Below, piece by piece: positions 1 to 9,756 of a stretch of 20,000 bases of DNA. The stretch is from positions 76,818,951 through 76,838,950 of the forward strand of contig NC_057711.1 of assembly GCF_004010195.1 (NCBI RefSeq). The letters are read 5' to 3'. Below the pieces are notes generated by a model. It was not told where the DNA came from, searched no databases, and worked only from the letters and a program-made list of their open reading frames with translations. The translations under genes and the position numbers were made by a program. This DNA is from Chiloscyllium plagiosum (taxonomy: Eukaryota). Position 1 is the first letter of the stretch. Each line of letters begins with the position of its first letter.

Positions 1-105
1 TCCAATTAGGGAATCCTGGTTGACAGATATAAACAGGAGATTCAGAGCCTTCTCAGATTAGGGGACTGACTCTGGGCTGGCTGGAGTTATAGTCAGTATG
101 TTACT
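1..105 (+). mobile_element. LTR-like fragment (putative Gypsy-type LTR, runs off the window start)
   Basis: CCAAT at 2-6 and TATA-like gatataaac at 26-34. The motif gactgactctgggctggctgg..gtcagt resembles gagctggctctgagctagctgggtcagt at ~3477-3505. Resembles a recalled shark LTR repeat; not verified by search. Confidence 0.4.
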
Positions 106-999
106 GTTTATTTCTGCTTCCCTCCTTTTCTGGAAGGGGAAAACCTGATTCCTGAACTGGCTGAATTATTTAGCCAGTTTGTTAACTGGCATTCCTTTTA
201 GTGAGGACTGATTGTTAAACTCCTGATGCACATAATGTGTTTTGGGTGTAACTCAGTTCTCATTAGGGGGTTGTTGTTTCACTGGTTGGTTACAGCCTGT
301 GTTACTCTCTCCTCTTTCTGAGAAAAGGCCAATGTTAATTTTATGGTAGAGCTTAGCCCTTGGACTGTAGTTTTCTTTGTTTTTTGTATGTGTCTTCACT
401 TTTTATTGGTGTTTTGGACTGAGTCCTGTGGAAGACATGCATTTTACCAGAGGAACTGTTCCTGTGGGGAGGCCTAGGCCTGGACTGGGCCTCTGAAGAT
501 TGAACACCTGTATGTGTGCTGGGAGGTGAGCAGTTGCTGTATCCTGGAGTTTGGGAGAAGACCTTTCCTTCAGGAGTGGACCAAACCCCTGTGAGTTAAC
601 TGCACCTGTACTATGTACTGTGTTCTTGCGAGTTGGCCTGGCTCTCCAAGGCTGGACCAGGACTCTGTTGAGACTGAACTGTGGGGTGTGCATTTGCTGC
701 CTCCAGGAGTGGACTCTGCCCTTGATTGTGGACTGTCTTTTAACAACGGATTCTGCAGTTTGGAGCGGCCTCTAATTCTGACTTTGCACATTGTATACTG
801 GAGTGGACTCTTCCTGGAAATGGATTCCATATCTTGAAGACCTGTATAAATTTGGACTGTGTACCAGAAGGGAGTTTTTTTTGGGTAACTAACTGTATTG
901 TGGTGTTTCCTGGGTCTATCACCCGCACTGTCTTGCGTGTCCCTGGGTCTGGCAGGCCTTGCTGTGAGCTGGGAGGCCCATGGGTCGTCCTGAAAGCTG

Positions 1000-2885
1000 T
1001 CACCCTGAGAGCCGGAGGGTGGGTAGGCCATGCTGTGAATCTGAAGGTTGGTAGGCTGTCCTAAAAGCCGGAGGGTGGGTAGGCCACCCTGATGCCAGTC
1101 ACCCCGAGAGCTAGATGGTGGGTAGGCTGTTCTGAGCACTGTCGTCCCGATAAGGGGTAATTGGGATGGGCTGTTCTAGAGGTGGTCGAAAGGTGTGCCA
1201 GGATAGCCCACTGGTCGGAGGTGCAACGGGGTGGGTGAGAGCCCAATGGTACCTAGGGGAAGACCGAGAGCCAGAAGGCGGGTAGCCGTCCTCTGTGCTG
1301 TCACCCTGGGCAGGTACCGGGGTGGGCTGCCCCAGAGGTGGTCGAAAGGTGTGTCAGGGCGGACCGAGAACTGGAAGGGGCATGGGGTGGACCGAGAACC
1401 GGAAGGTGGGTAGGGGCGGGCTGCCTTAGAGTGGTCGGGGTGGGAGGGGCGGGGGCTTGCTGGGTCTGTATTGTCTGCACTNNNNNNNNNNNNNNNNNNN
1501 NNNNNNNNNNNNNNNNNNNNNNNNNNNNNNNNNNNNNNNNNNNNNNNNNNNNNNNNNNNNNNNNNNNNNNNNNNNNNNNNNNNNNNNNNNNNNNNNNNNN
1601 NNNNNNNNNNNNNNNNNNNNNNNNNNNNNNNNNNNNNNNNNNNNNNNNNNNNNNNNNNNNNNNNNNNNNNNNNNNNNNNNNNNNNNNNNNNNNNNNNNNN
1701 NNNNNNNNNNNNNNNNNNNNNNNNNNNNNNNNNNNNNNNNNNNNNNNNNNNNNNNNNNNNNNNNNNNNNNNNNNNNNNNNNNNNNNNNNNNNNNNNNNNN
1801 NNNNNNNNNNNNNNNNNNNNNNNNNNNNNNNNNNNNNNNNNNNNNNNNNNNNNNNNNNNNNNNNNNNNNNNNNNNNNNNNNNNNNNNNNNNNNNNNNNNN
1901 NNNNNNNNNNNNNNNNNNNNNNNNNNNNNNNNNNNNNNNNNNNNNNNNNNNNNNNNNNNNNNNNNNNNNNNNNNNNNNNNNNNNNNNNNNNNNNNNNNNN
2001 NNNNNNNNNNNNNNNNNNNNNNNNNNNNNNNNNNNNNNNNNNNNNNNNNNNNNNNNNNNNNNNNNNNNNNNNNNNNNNNNNNNNNNNNNNNNNNNNNNNN
2101 NNNNNNNNNNNNNNNNNNNNNNNNNNNNNNNNNNNNNNNNNNNNNNNNNNNNNNNNNNNNNNNNNNNNNNNNNNNNNNNNNNNNNNNNNNNNNNNNNNNN
2201 NNNNNNNNNNNNNNNNNNNNNNNNNNNNNNNNNNNNNNNNNNNNNNNNNNNNNNNNNNNNNNNNNNNNNNNNNNNNNNNNNNNNNNNNNNNNNNNNNNNN
2301 NNNNNNNNNNNNNNNNNNNNNNNNNNNNNNNNNNNNNNNNNNNNNNNNNNNNNNNNNNNNNNNNNNNNNNNNNNNNNGGAGGGTGGGTAGGCCACCCTGA
2401 TGCCAGTCACCCCGAGAGCTAGATGGTGGGTAGGCTGTTCTGAGCACTGTCGTCCCGATAAGGGGTAATCGGGACGGGCTGTCCTAGAGGTGGTCGAAAG
2501 GTGTCAGAGCAGCCGAGAGCCAGAAGGCACGTAGGGGCTGGCTGAGATCCAGAAGGCTTGTGGGCTACCCTGCATGCTGTTGTCCCAGGGAAGGGGATGG
2601 GCTGTCCTAGAGGTGGCTGAAAGGTGTGCCAGGATAGCCCACTGACTGGATGGTGCATTGGGGTGGGTGAGAGCCCAATGGTATGTAGGGGCAGACCAAG
2701 AGCCAGAAGGCAGGTAGCTGTTCTCAGCACTGACCTGGGGCAGGCTGCCCTAGAGGTCGAAAGGTGTCTGGGCAGACTGAACTGGAAGGGGCATATGCTG
2801 GACCAAGAGCCAGAAGATATGTAGGGGCAGGTTGCCATAGTGGTTGGAAGGTGGGAGGGACAGGGGCTTGCCGGGTCTATATTGT
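1000..2885. repeat. GC-rich degenerate tandem repeat array (units ~120-160 bp) interrupted by an assembly gap
   Basis: Motif ggctg(t/c)(t/c)c(t/c)agaggtggtcgaaaggtgt recurs, with variants, at ~1168, ~1325, ~2476, ~2599 and ~2743. 1070-1161 is identical to 2378-2469. ~1165-1475 aligns with divergence to ~2595-2885. Confidence 0.85.
1482..2377. other. Assembly gap (896 N)
   Basis: Run of N; ORFs crossing it are artefacts. Confidence 1.
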
Positions 2886-3123
2886 AATCACTCTTTATGT
2901 AACTGGATTGTCCTTTGTGCAACTGTCATTTTCACACTTTTGTGAAACTGGGATTTGAGGTTTGTCCTCTTCCTGTAAACTGGTTGGTTGAACAGTAGGG
3001 TTTGGGATCTGGCTTTGCTGTTCTTCCTTGTAAAATTGCTGTTGTATATAGCTGTTAACTTTAATAAAGTAAATGGCTTTGTAATTTGTTTAATAAAACT
3101 AAAAAACAGGACTGTAGAGCCCA

Positions 3124-3435
3124 AGTCTCTCTGGGGAAGGAACAGTGTCCACCAACACCCTCGAGATTCAGGGGAAGGTGGGCACCACAGGGAGTGGAGT
3201 GTTTTATTCCCCCTCCAACTCTATATATTTTGATTTAATCCCTGCCCTCTCCTTCACTGATCACCAAGCATTGCCCTTTGTGAAGGCCACTGCTTGTCAC
3301 TGGCCACTCAGGTGTTTCCTTTCTTCCTGGTGGTGGAAACAGATTTATTTACTGTCAGACACCTGTGCATATGTGACATGGGTGCTAGGGTAAAATAAGC
3401 ACTATTGCTTTTAGGCAGTAGTATTAGGGAAACAT
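3124..3435 (+). mobile_element. Tx1/L1-clade non-LTR retrotransposon 3' end (ORF2 C-terminus plus 3' UTR), degenerate
   Basis: Frameshifted translation (VSTNTLE ... SPSNSI) resembles the recalled C-terminus of shark Tx1-like ORF2 (..EHAVSTNTLELFRERWAPQGVECIISPSNSILI*). Followed by UTR tgcttgtcactggccactcaggtgtttcct and an A-rich stretch at ~3430-3448. Confidence 0.55.
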
Positions 3436-3451
3436 TAAAAAACAAAATAGA

Positions 3452-3729
3452 ATGGCAGAAGTTCTGCTCTCTCCTGGAGCTGGCTCTGAGCTAGCTGGGT
3501 CAGTGTCATGTACTATGTACATTTAAACAAAGAGGAGAAAGTGAGGACTGGAGATCAGCTGAAAATGTGTTGCTGGAAAAGCGCAGCAGGTCAGGCAGCA
3601 TCCAAGGAACAAGAGAATTGACATTTTGGGCATGAGCCCTTCATGAGGCTCTCGCTCCTTGGATGCTGCCTGACCTGTGCTTTTCCAGCAACACATTTTC
3701 AGCACACTTAAACAAAGGGTGACTTGGTG
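3452..3729 (+). mobile_element. LTR-like fragment interrupted by a PLE insertion
   Basis: gagctggctctgagctagctgggtcagtgtcatgtactatgtacatttaaacaaag resumes as ggtgacttggtg after the 3533-3703 insert and its duplicated target site. Similar to the motif at ~62-100. Confidence 0.45.
3533..3703. mobile_element. Penelope-like element terminal fragment in inverted (hairpin) configuration with a 14-bp TSD
   Basis: Inverted arms 3558-3608 and 3656-3703 (~50 bp, near-perfect). TSD acatttaaacaaag (3519-3532) / acacttaaacaaag (3704-3717). Decayed hammerhead-like motif on the minus strand of the loop. Confidence 0.7.
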
Positions 3730-3962
3730 GCAATTAGTGAAATTTGAATTTAGTAAAAATCTGGAGTAAAATGCTAGCCAAATTGCAACTAATTTGTCAC
3801 TGTCAATTATAAAAACCCATTTGGTTCACTCTTATTTAGGAAAGAAAATCTGCCATTGTTACCTGGCCTGCATGTGACTCTGGCCTATAGCAATGTGGTT
3901 GGGCCTTGAGTGGCCTCTAAGCAAATAGGGATGGACAAGTCAGCAACATCCCATGAACAAAG
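3730..3962 (+). mobile_element. SacSINE1-like DeuSINE, 5'-truncated and degenerate
   Basis: aaaaacccatttggttcact..aggaaagaaaatctgccattgttacctggcctgcatgtgactc..agcaatgtggttg and the tail gcaaatagggatggacaa..catcccatgaac match the recalled shark DeuSINE body and tail. Confidence 0.65.
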
Positions 3963-4309
3963 GAAAGTTACAATGTTTCTAAAATAGAGGCTTTAATAGA
4001 TCATTTAGACCAATAATTACATTGACAAACTGCATTTGCACAAAACTGTATTGAATTAAACAATCTGCCCTAAGTTGCAATATGCTGCATGGTTATTAAA
4101 CTTCAAGGTGTCAGCAAATTGATTCATTGAATGTATCAATCTGAATTATGTAGGTTATATGCAACTAAAGGTCTGATTTTGAAAGACAGTTCAGTTGCTT
4201 TATATTGAGGAGCTTATAGCTGGACACTTGGGTAAACTAATCAGGATAATCATAAAGAAAGTGAAAGGGTAAGTATTTAACAAATTAATTGGAGTACATT
4301 GAAGTTCTT

Positions 4310-4688
4310 GTTGGAATATAGAAGAATGAGGTGACCTTATTGATACAAGATTCTTAGGGGACTTGACAGGGTAGATGCAGAAAGGTTATTTCCCCTTGTC
4401 AGTCTAGGACCAGAAAGCAAATTTCTGAATAAGGGGTCATACACTTAAGACAAATGGAGTTTCTTCTAACAGGATAGTGAATTCTTTACCACAGATTTTG
4501 GGGCTGCATTCTGAAGTACTTTCAAGGTTGAGATAGACATATGTTTAATTAGTAAGGGAATTGAGGGTTATGGGGAAAAGCTGGGACATTGGAGTTAAGA
4601 ATGCTCAAATCAGCCATGAGTGTATCAAATGGTGGCGCAGACTTGATGGGTTGAATGGCCTACTTCTGTTCTAATTTCTCATGGCCTT
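4310..4688 (+). mobile_element. CR1 LINE 3' end, degenerate
   Basis: Remnant of the LEFRRMRGDLIETYKILRGLDRVD-type C-terminus (agaagaatgaggtgaccttattga..cttaggggacttgacagggtagatg) and 3' UTR ending gaatggcctacttctgttcta. Homologous to the reverse complement of ~18460-18870. Confidence 0.8.
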
Positions 4689-4704
4689 GAGGATAAACAG
4701 AATC

Positions 4705-5392
4705 CAAGTAGTGTTCTATAGGCTTAACAGAAGGCATTTGACAAGATACCAAAGTAGAACACAATGGAAGGGGATTGGCTGGCAGAAAGCAGGCAGTATT
4801 CATAAATGGGTTTATTCTAATTGTCAGAAAGAAATGGGTGAGTTCCTGCAGGGGTATATACTGAGGACTCAGCTTTTTACAAGTTCTCAATCTCTTTGAG
4901 GCATGAAGCATATCTGCTAACTTTGCAGATGGTACATAGAGGGATAAGAAATTAAATTGTGAATAAGACAAATGGAGAATGCAGATTTATATGGTCAGTG
5001 GGCAAATATTTGACTAATTTGAATGTTTCTTACTTTGGCAGGAAGAATAGAAAAACAGGGTATTGCTAAAATGGAAAATGTTTGCAGTATTGCAATGTGC
5101 AGAGGTAGCCTGATGTACTCATGAATGAGTCACAACTTTTGAATGCAGGTGTAATAAGTTTAATGGAATGCCAATCTTTATTGAGAGGAATTGAACACCA
5201 GGTAAAGGATCTTGTTAGTTATGTAGGGGATTGGAGACCACATTTCAAACACTGTGCAATATTGGTCCCTGTATTAGATGATGCAGATACTAGAAGTTCA
5301 GAGAAGGCTTACCAGATTGATACCTGGAATGAATGGGTTGGCTCATAGGGAAAAGTTGGACAGACTGCTTGTCTCCAATGGAGTGGAATGAA
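4705..5392 (+). mobile_element. Highly decayed CR1 ORF2 (RT) fragment
   Basis: aaggcatttgacaagatacca (KAFDKIP) at ~4731; ctaactttgcagatggtaca (FADDT-like) at ~4917; later remnants of HFG, CxQxWSP and RFTRLIPGM motifs. Confidence 0.7.
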
Positions 5393-6420
5393 GAGTCATA
5401 GTCATAGTCATAGAGGTGTACAGCACAAACAGGCACTTTCATTCAACTCGTCCATGCTGACCAGATATCCTAAATTAATCTAGCCCCACTTGCCAGCACT
5501 TGGACTATATCCCTCTAAACCAATCCTATTCATGTACCTTCCAGATGCCTTTTAAATGTTAATTGTACCAGCCTCTACCATTTCCTCTGGCAGCTCATTC
5601 CATACACATGCCACTGTTTGCATGACAAAGTTACCCCTTGGGTCAGTTTTAAAACTTTCCACTCTCTCCTTCCCCTCTAGTTCAGGACTCCTCCCTTCCC
5701 CCACCCCCCAGAAAAGACATGATATATTTACCATATCTACACCCCTCATGATTTTATAAACCTCTAAGGTCATCCTTCAGCCTCCAATGCTCCAGGGAGA
5801 ATAGACTCGGCCATCCCCTGTAGGTCAAACTCTGCAAACCTGGCAACATTCTTGTAAATCTTTTCTGAGCCCTTTCAAGTTTCACAACATCCTTTCAATA
5901 GGAGACCAGAATTACACACTATTCCAAAAGTGGCCTAACTAATATCCTGTGTATCTGCAACATGACTTCCAAACTCCTATACTCCATACTCTGACCAATA
6001 AAGGAAACCATACTAAATGCCTTATGATCCTATCTACTGGAGTCACCACTTTCAAGGAACTATGAACCTGCAGTCCAAGGGCTCTTTGTTCAGTAACACT
6101 CCCCAACACCTTACCGTTAAGCGTACAAGTCCTGCCCTGATTTGTCTCTCCAAAATGTAACACCACACATTTGTCTAAATTAAACTCCATCCAGCTCTCC
6201 TCAGCCCACTGGCCCATTTGATCAAGATCATATTGTACTCTAAGATAACCACCTTCACTGTCCACTCCACCTCCATTTTGGTGTCATCTGCAAACTTACT
6301 AATTAAACCTCCAAATGCACATCCAAATCACTTATATGAATGATGAAAAGCAGTGAACCCTGTACTGATCCTTGTGACACCACTGTTCAAGGGCCTACAG
6401 TCTGAAAAGCAACCTGTCCT
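5393..6420 (-). mobile_element. CR1 LINE, 5'-truncated (RT C-terminal half plus 3' UTR)
   Basis: ORFs 5939-6265 (WMEFNLDKCVVLHFG) and 5552-5773 (EVYKIMRGVD); KFADDTK at ~6278-6298; microsatellite tail (agtcat)n at ~5394-5412. Confidence 0.92.
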
Positions 6421-7964
6421 CAATAAATGAGGCATGCTGGGAAATTGAGGTAAGCAATGGCCTAAAGTGACTGTGCTCAAAGGCACTGAAATATGCAAGC
6501 TGCAAAATTCACAGGCTGCAGCTACAGACAGCATACAATTGACTCAGCAGCTGCAGACAATACAATATACTCTTGAATTTGAATTGAATGGAATTAACCT
6601 GAATGCCATCCCCATGACAATTGCAAACACAAAGTTGTTTACCAGGTGAAGGGGGTGCCTCACACCCTTCTCTGGAAAGGGCTACCTGACCTAAATGCCC
6701 CCAATATCTCTAGGAATGGATGTCCACAGATTTCCCATCTTTCTTCCCCCCCCCCCCCTCTTCATCAACATGTCAATGTCTAATAGGTTCCAGTCGATCA
6801 GGGTGATAAAGTCCTGATCAAAGGGCATGAATACTTCTAAGTATATGATCGCTGCAACACCACCCTCAGGAGTGGTAACCCAAGACCAACCACCATGAAG
6901 GGAAGACACCCCAGGGACTGCCAGCAGAAGACCAGATGGCCATCGCCACATGGATCAAGGCCAAGACCTAGTGTGGTGGTATATGATCATCCAGAGTTCA
7001 GTTAAAGTACAAGACAATTGACTAAATTTATGTTGCAAATTGTTAATTTGTTCTGTATTTTATAATTGTGATAACATTTATTTATCATTCATTTCTATTA
7101 ACAGTAGACTTGCAGTTTCTTTGCCAGATATGAGCTAAAACAGTGGCAGGCACTACATCTAAGCTGGAGGGCTCACAGGAGTGAATACCTCAAAGGTAGA
7201 AAGTAGCATTTGCAAGGCAAATAAGGAAGTGTTCCTTCACAGAGGTTCCACTATCCAACCTCTTAAATTAAATACCATTTGCAGTCAGGCTATGAAGCTT
7301 TTGGGGTCTGGAGGCCAACTGGGCCATTTTTGGGATCCATTGGTTTCCTGCCACTCACACCATTTACCCCACCTCTGCAAATGCATCCAGACATCCCCCT
7401 CACTGGGCCTCCTAATTCAGCCCAGATACCAAAACAGTTTTAGCACTCTAAAAGTGAAAGCTGCGAGTTTTTAAACTGTTTTATATCCCAGTCTTCCCTT
7501 TTGTAAAAATCTACTGTACAAATCCTCAGCCTTCACACCATATTGTGCAGGCATATCAGGAGTGAGGACAAATTGAGTGGCCACTGGGTCTCATGGGATG
7601 AGAATGGTCCAGATCTCTTGGGTCAGTGCCATTGCAGTCACTATGCACTTTAATGTAAACACTGTCTTTATCCACTTACCATCTGACAAATCTCAGTTCA
7701 GCAGTGTTGTTGCCATACAAATGTTTGCTCCAAGGCCTATTAAATTTGGCATGCTGAAAACATCAAGCACAAGTCAACATGTCTAAGCCTAATGCTTGGT
7801 TTTCAAGGCTTCATATAAAGCAATTACTGGTTGGTCGTTAAGGGAGACATATGTCCTGTTGCACTTCATGAGGTTTTGTTCCCCACAAGATCAAACCTGG
7901 AACCTTTCTGGGATCACATTGCCCAATAATTCTGCAGGTAGTACAGTGAATCAGTACAAATGAG

Positions 7965-8360
7965 TTCGGTCGACATTCATTGTCCATCTCTAACTGACTT
8001 TGAGAAGGTGGTGGTCAGCTACTTAGAGCTCTGTGGTTTATTGTAGGATGGTGGTGGTAATTGGGAGGGGAATGGGGGTGACTACTAGTGTAGGTACATC
8101 CATACACCCACAGTTCTGTTAGAGTTCGAGGATTTTGATCCAATGGCAGTGAAGGAATGGAGACATATTTCCAAGTCAGGGTGGCATGTGGCTGATGAAC
8201 AATTTGCAAGTGATTCTCCATCTTTCTGCTGCCTTTTACCTTTTCAATGGTAACGATTGTGGGTTTGGAGGGTGCTGTTGCAGGAACCTGGGTGAATTAC
8301 TGCAGTCCATCTTGTAGATGGTACACTGTTGCTACTGAATATCAGTGAATGTGGTGCCAT
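7965..8360 (-). mobile_element. 3' end of a second CR1/L2-group LINE family (putative DeuSINE partner), degenerate
   Basis: ttgagaaggtggtggt..gattttgatccaatggcagtgaaggaatggagacatatttccaagtcagg..catcttgtagatggtacac; ORF 8015-8221 contains TLTWKY..P. Tail resembles the SINE tail at 3921-3938. Confidence 0.7.
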
Positions 8361-9546
8361 GTAAAAGTTCTCAGGACTAATATTTTGCTGGAATTGGCCA
8401 GTAAAAACAGAAATGTTTTCTAACCTGTACCATTAGATTCAGTTACAAACTATTTTCACTTTTAATGTTCTCTTTTAGATCTTGGTGATCTCTACAAATA
8501 GATGAAAACCAACTGGCAGGAAATGACATATTGTCTACACATACCATTACTGTTTCAAAGCTTATTTACATTAGTTCATTTTAAAGTGAGATCATGTTTT
8601 AGTTCACTGGATTTTTTTATTCATGGCTGCACACAGAAAACTGTTGAGAGCACACTGCCATTAGTACACTTCAACAGAATTTTCTGCAAATGGAAAATTG
8701 AATGTCATAATGTTCATCAGGTCTGCTATTAGATCATTGCACCAACTTGTCTCTGGAGACTGGCATATTTGTTTTTCCTTTCTAACTTAACTAATAGAAA
8801 AGATTAGCAGTAGTTTAATCACTTGGGGCCCCCTGGTTATAATTAACAACGAATGGTGAAATAAGACATTCAAGACTATATAATCCCATTGAAAACACAT
8901 CATTGTACTTTTTGTAAGCTGTAAGACTAGCTCCAACAATACTAAACTCCAACACTCAAGTCAGATGTACAGCATGGAAACAGACCCTTCAATCCAACCC
9001 GTCCATGCTGACTAGATATCCCAATCTAGTCCCACCTGCCAGCACCTGGCCCATATCCCTCCAAACCCTTCCTATTCATATACCCATCCAAATGCATTTT
9101 AAATGTTGCAGTTGTACTAGCCGCCACCACTTCCTCTGGCAGCTCATTCCAGACACTACCTGTCTCTGAAAGAGTTGCCCTGTAGGTCTCTTTTATATCT
9201 TTACCCTCTCACCCTAAACCTATGCCATCTAATCCTGGACTCCCACACCCCAGAGAAAAGACATTTTCTATTTATCCTATCCATGCCCCTCATAATTTTG
9301 TAAACCTGTATAAGGTCACTCCCTCAGCCTCTGCTCCAGGGAAAACAGCCCCAGCCTGTTCAGCCTCTGCCTATGGCTCAAGTCCTCCAACCCTGGCAAC
9401 ATCCTTGTAAATCTTTTCTGAACCCTTTCCAGTTTCGCATGTTTCCAATAGGAAGGAGATCAGAATTGCAATATTCCAACAATGGCCTAACCAATGTCCT
9501 GTACAGCTGCAACATGACCTCCCAACTCCTGTACTCAATACTCTGA

Positions 9547-9756
9547 GCTGCTGTGGTTCTGTTTGCCGAGCTGGAAGTTTTTGTTGCAAACGTTTCGTCC
9601 CCTGTCTAGGTGACATCCTCAGTGCTTGGGAGCCTCCTGTGAAGCGCTTCTGTGGTGTTTCCTCCAGCATTTATAGTGGCCTGTCCCTGCCGCTTCCGGT
9701 TGTCAGTTTCAGCTGTCCGCTGTAGTGGCTGATATATAGGGTCCAGGTCTGTTTGT
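9547..9756 (-). mobile_element. Penelope-like element 3'/pLTR fragment with 12-bp TSD, nested in CR1
   Basis: Perfect TSD tcaatactctga at 9535-9546 and 9757-9768, and the CR1 is contiguous once the insert is removed. Minus strand reads DLDPIYQPL (PLE ORF end-like), has a TATAAA and contains a hammerhead core. Confidence 0.8.
9586..9625 (-). ncRNA. Minimal type I hammerhead ribozyme (PLE-type)
   Basis: Minus-strand RNA: GCA CUGAGGA U GUCACCU AGAC AGGGGAC GAAAC GUU UGC. Stem I GCA/UGC, CUGANGA box, stem II 6 of 7 pairs, GAAA, palindromic AAACGUUU stem III, NUH triplet GUU. Confidence 0.75.

Larger units (their letters stand above)
105..3120 (-). pseudogene. Decayed low-complexity Pro/Ser/Thr/Gln-rich ORF with internal repeats; origin unknown, possibly a retroelement internal region
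   Basis: Overlapping minus-strand ORFs (403-693, 570-1139, 740-1003, 2419-2922, 2888-3124) and C/A-rich minus strand. A recurring gtccactcc motif reads SPLQ/SPLLE/GPLLKE in different frames, implying frameshifts. Scattered stop codons in all frames. No recognisable domain. Confidence 0.35.

Noticed and set aside
1176..2447. Long 300-420 aa ORFs in the ORF track
   Set aside because: Artefacts of translating through the 896-N gap.
1168..2770. Repeated agaggtggtcgaaaggtgt motif as a CRISPR array or ribozyme array
   Set aside because: Intervening sequences are related to one another, spacing is 120-160 bp, the context is eukaryotic with no cas genes, and no CUGANGA box is properly placed upstream of the GAAA.
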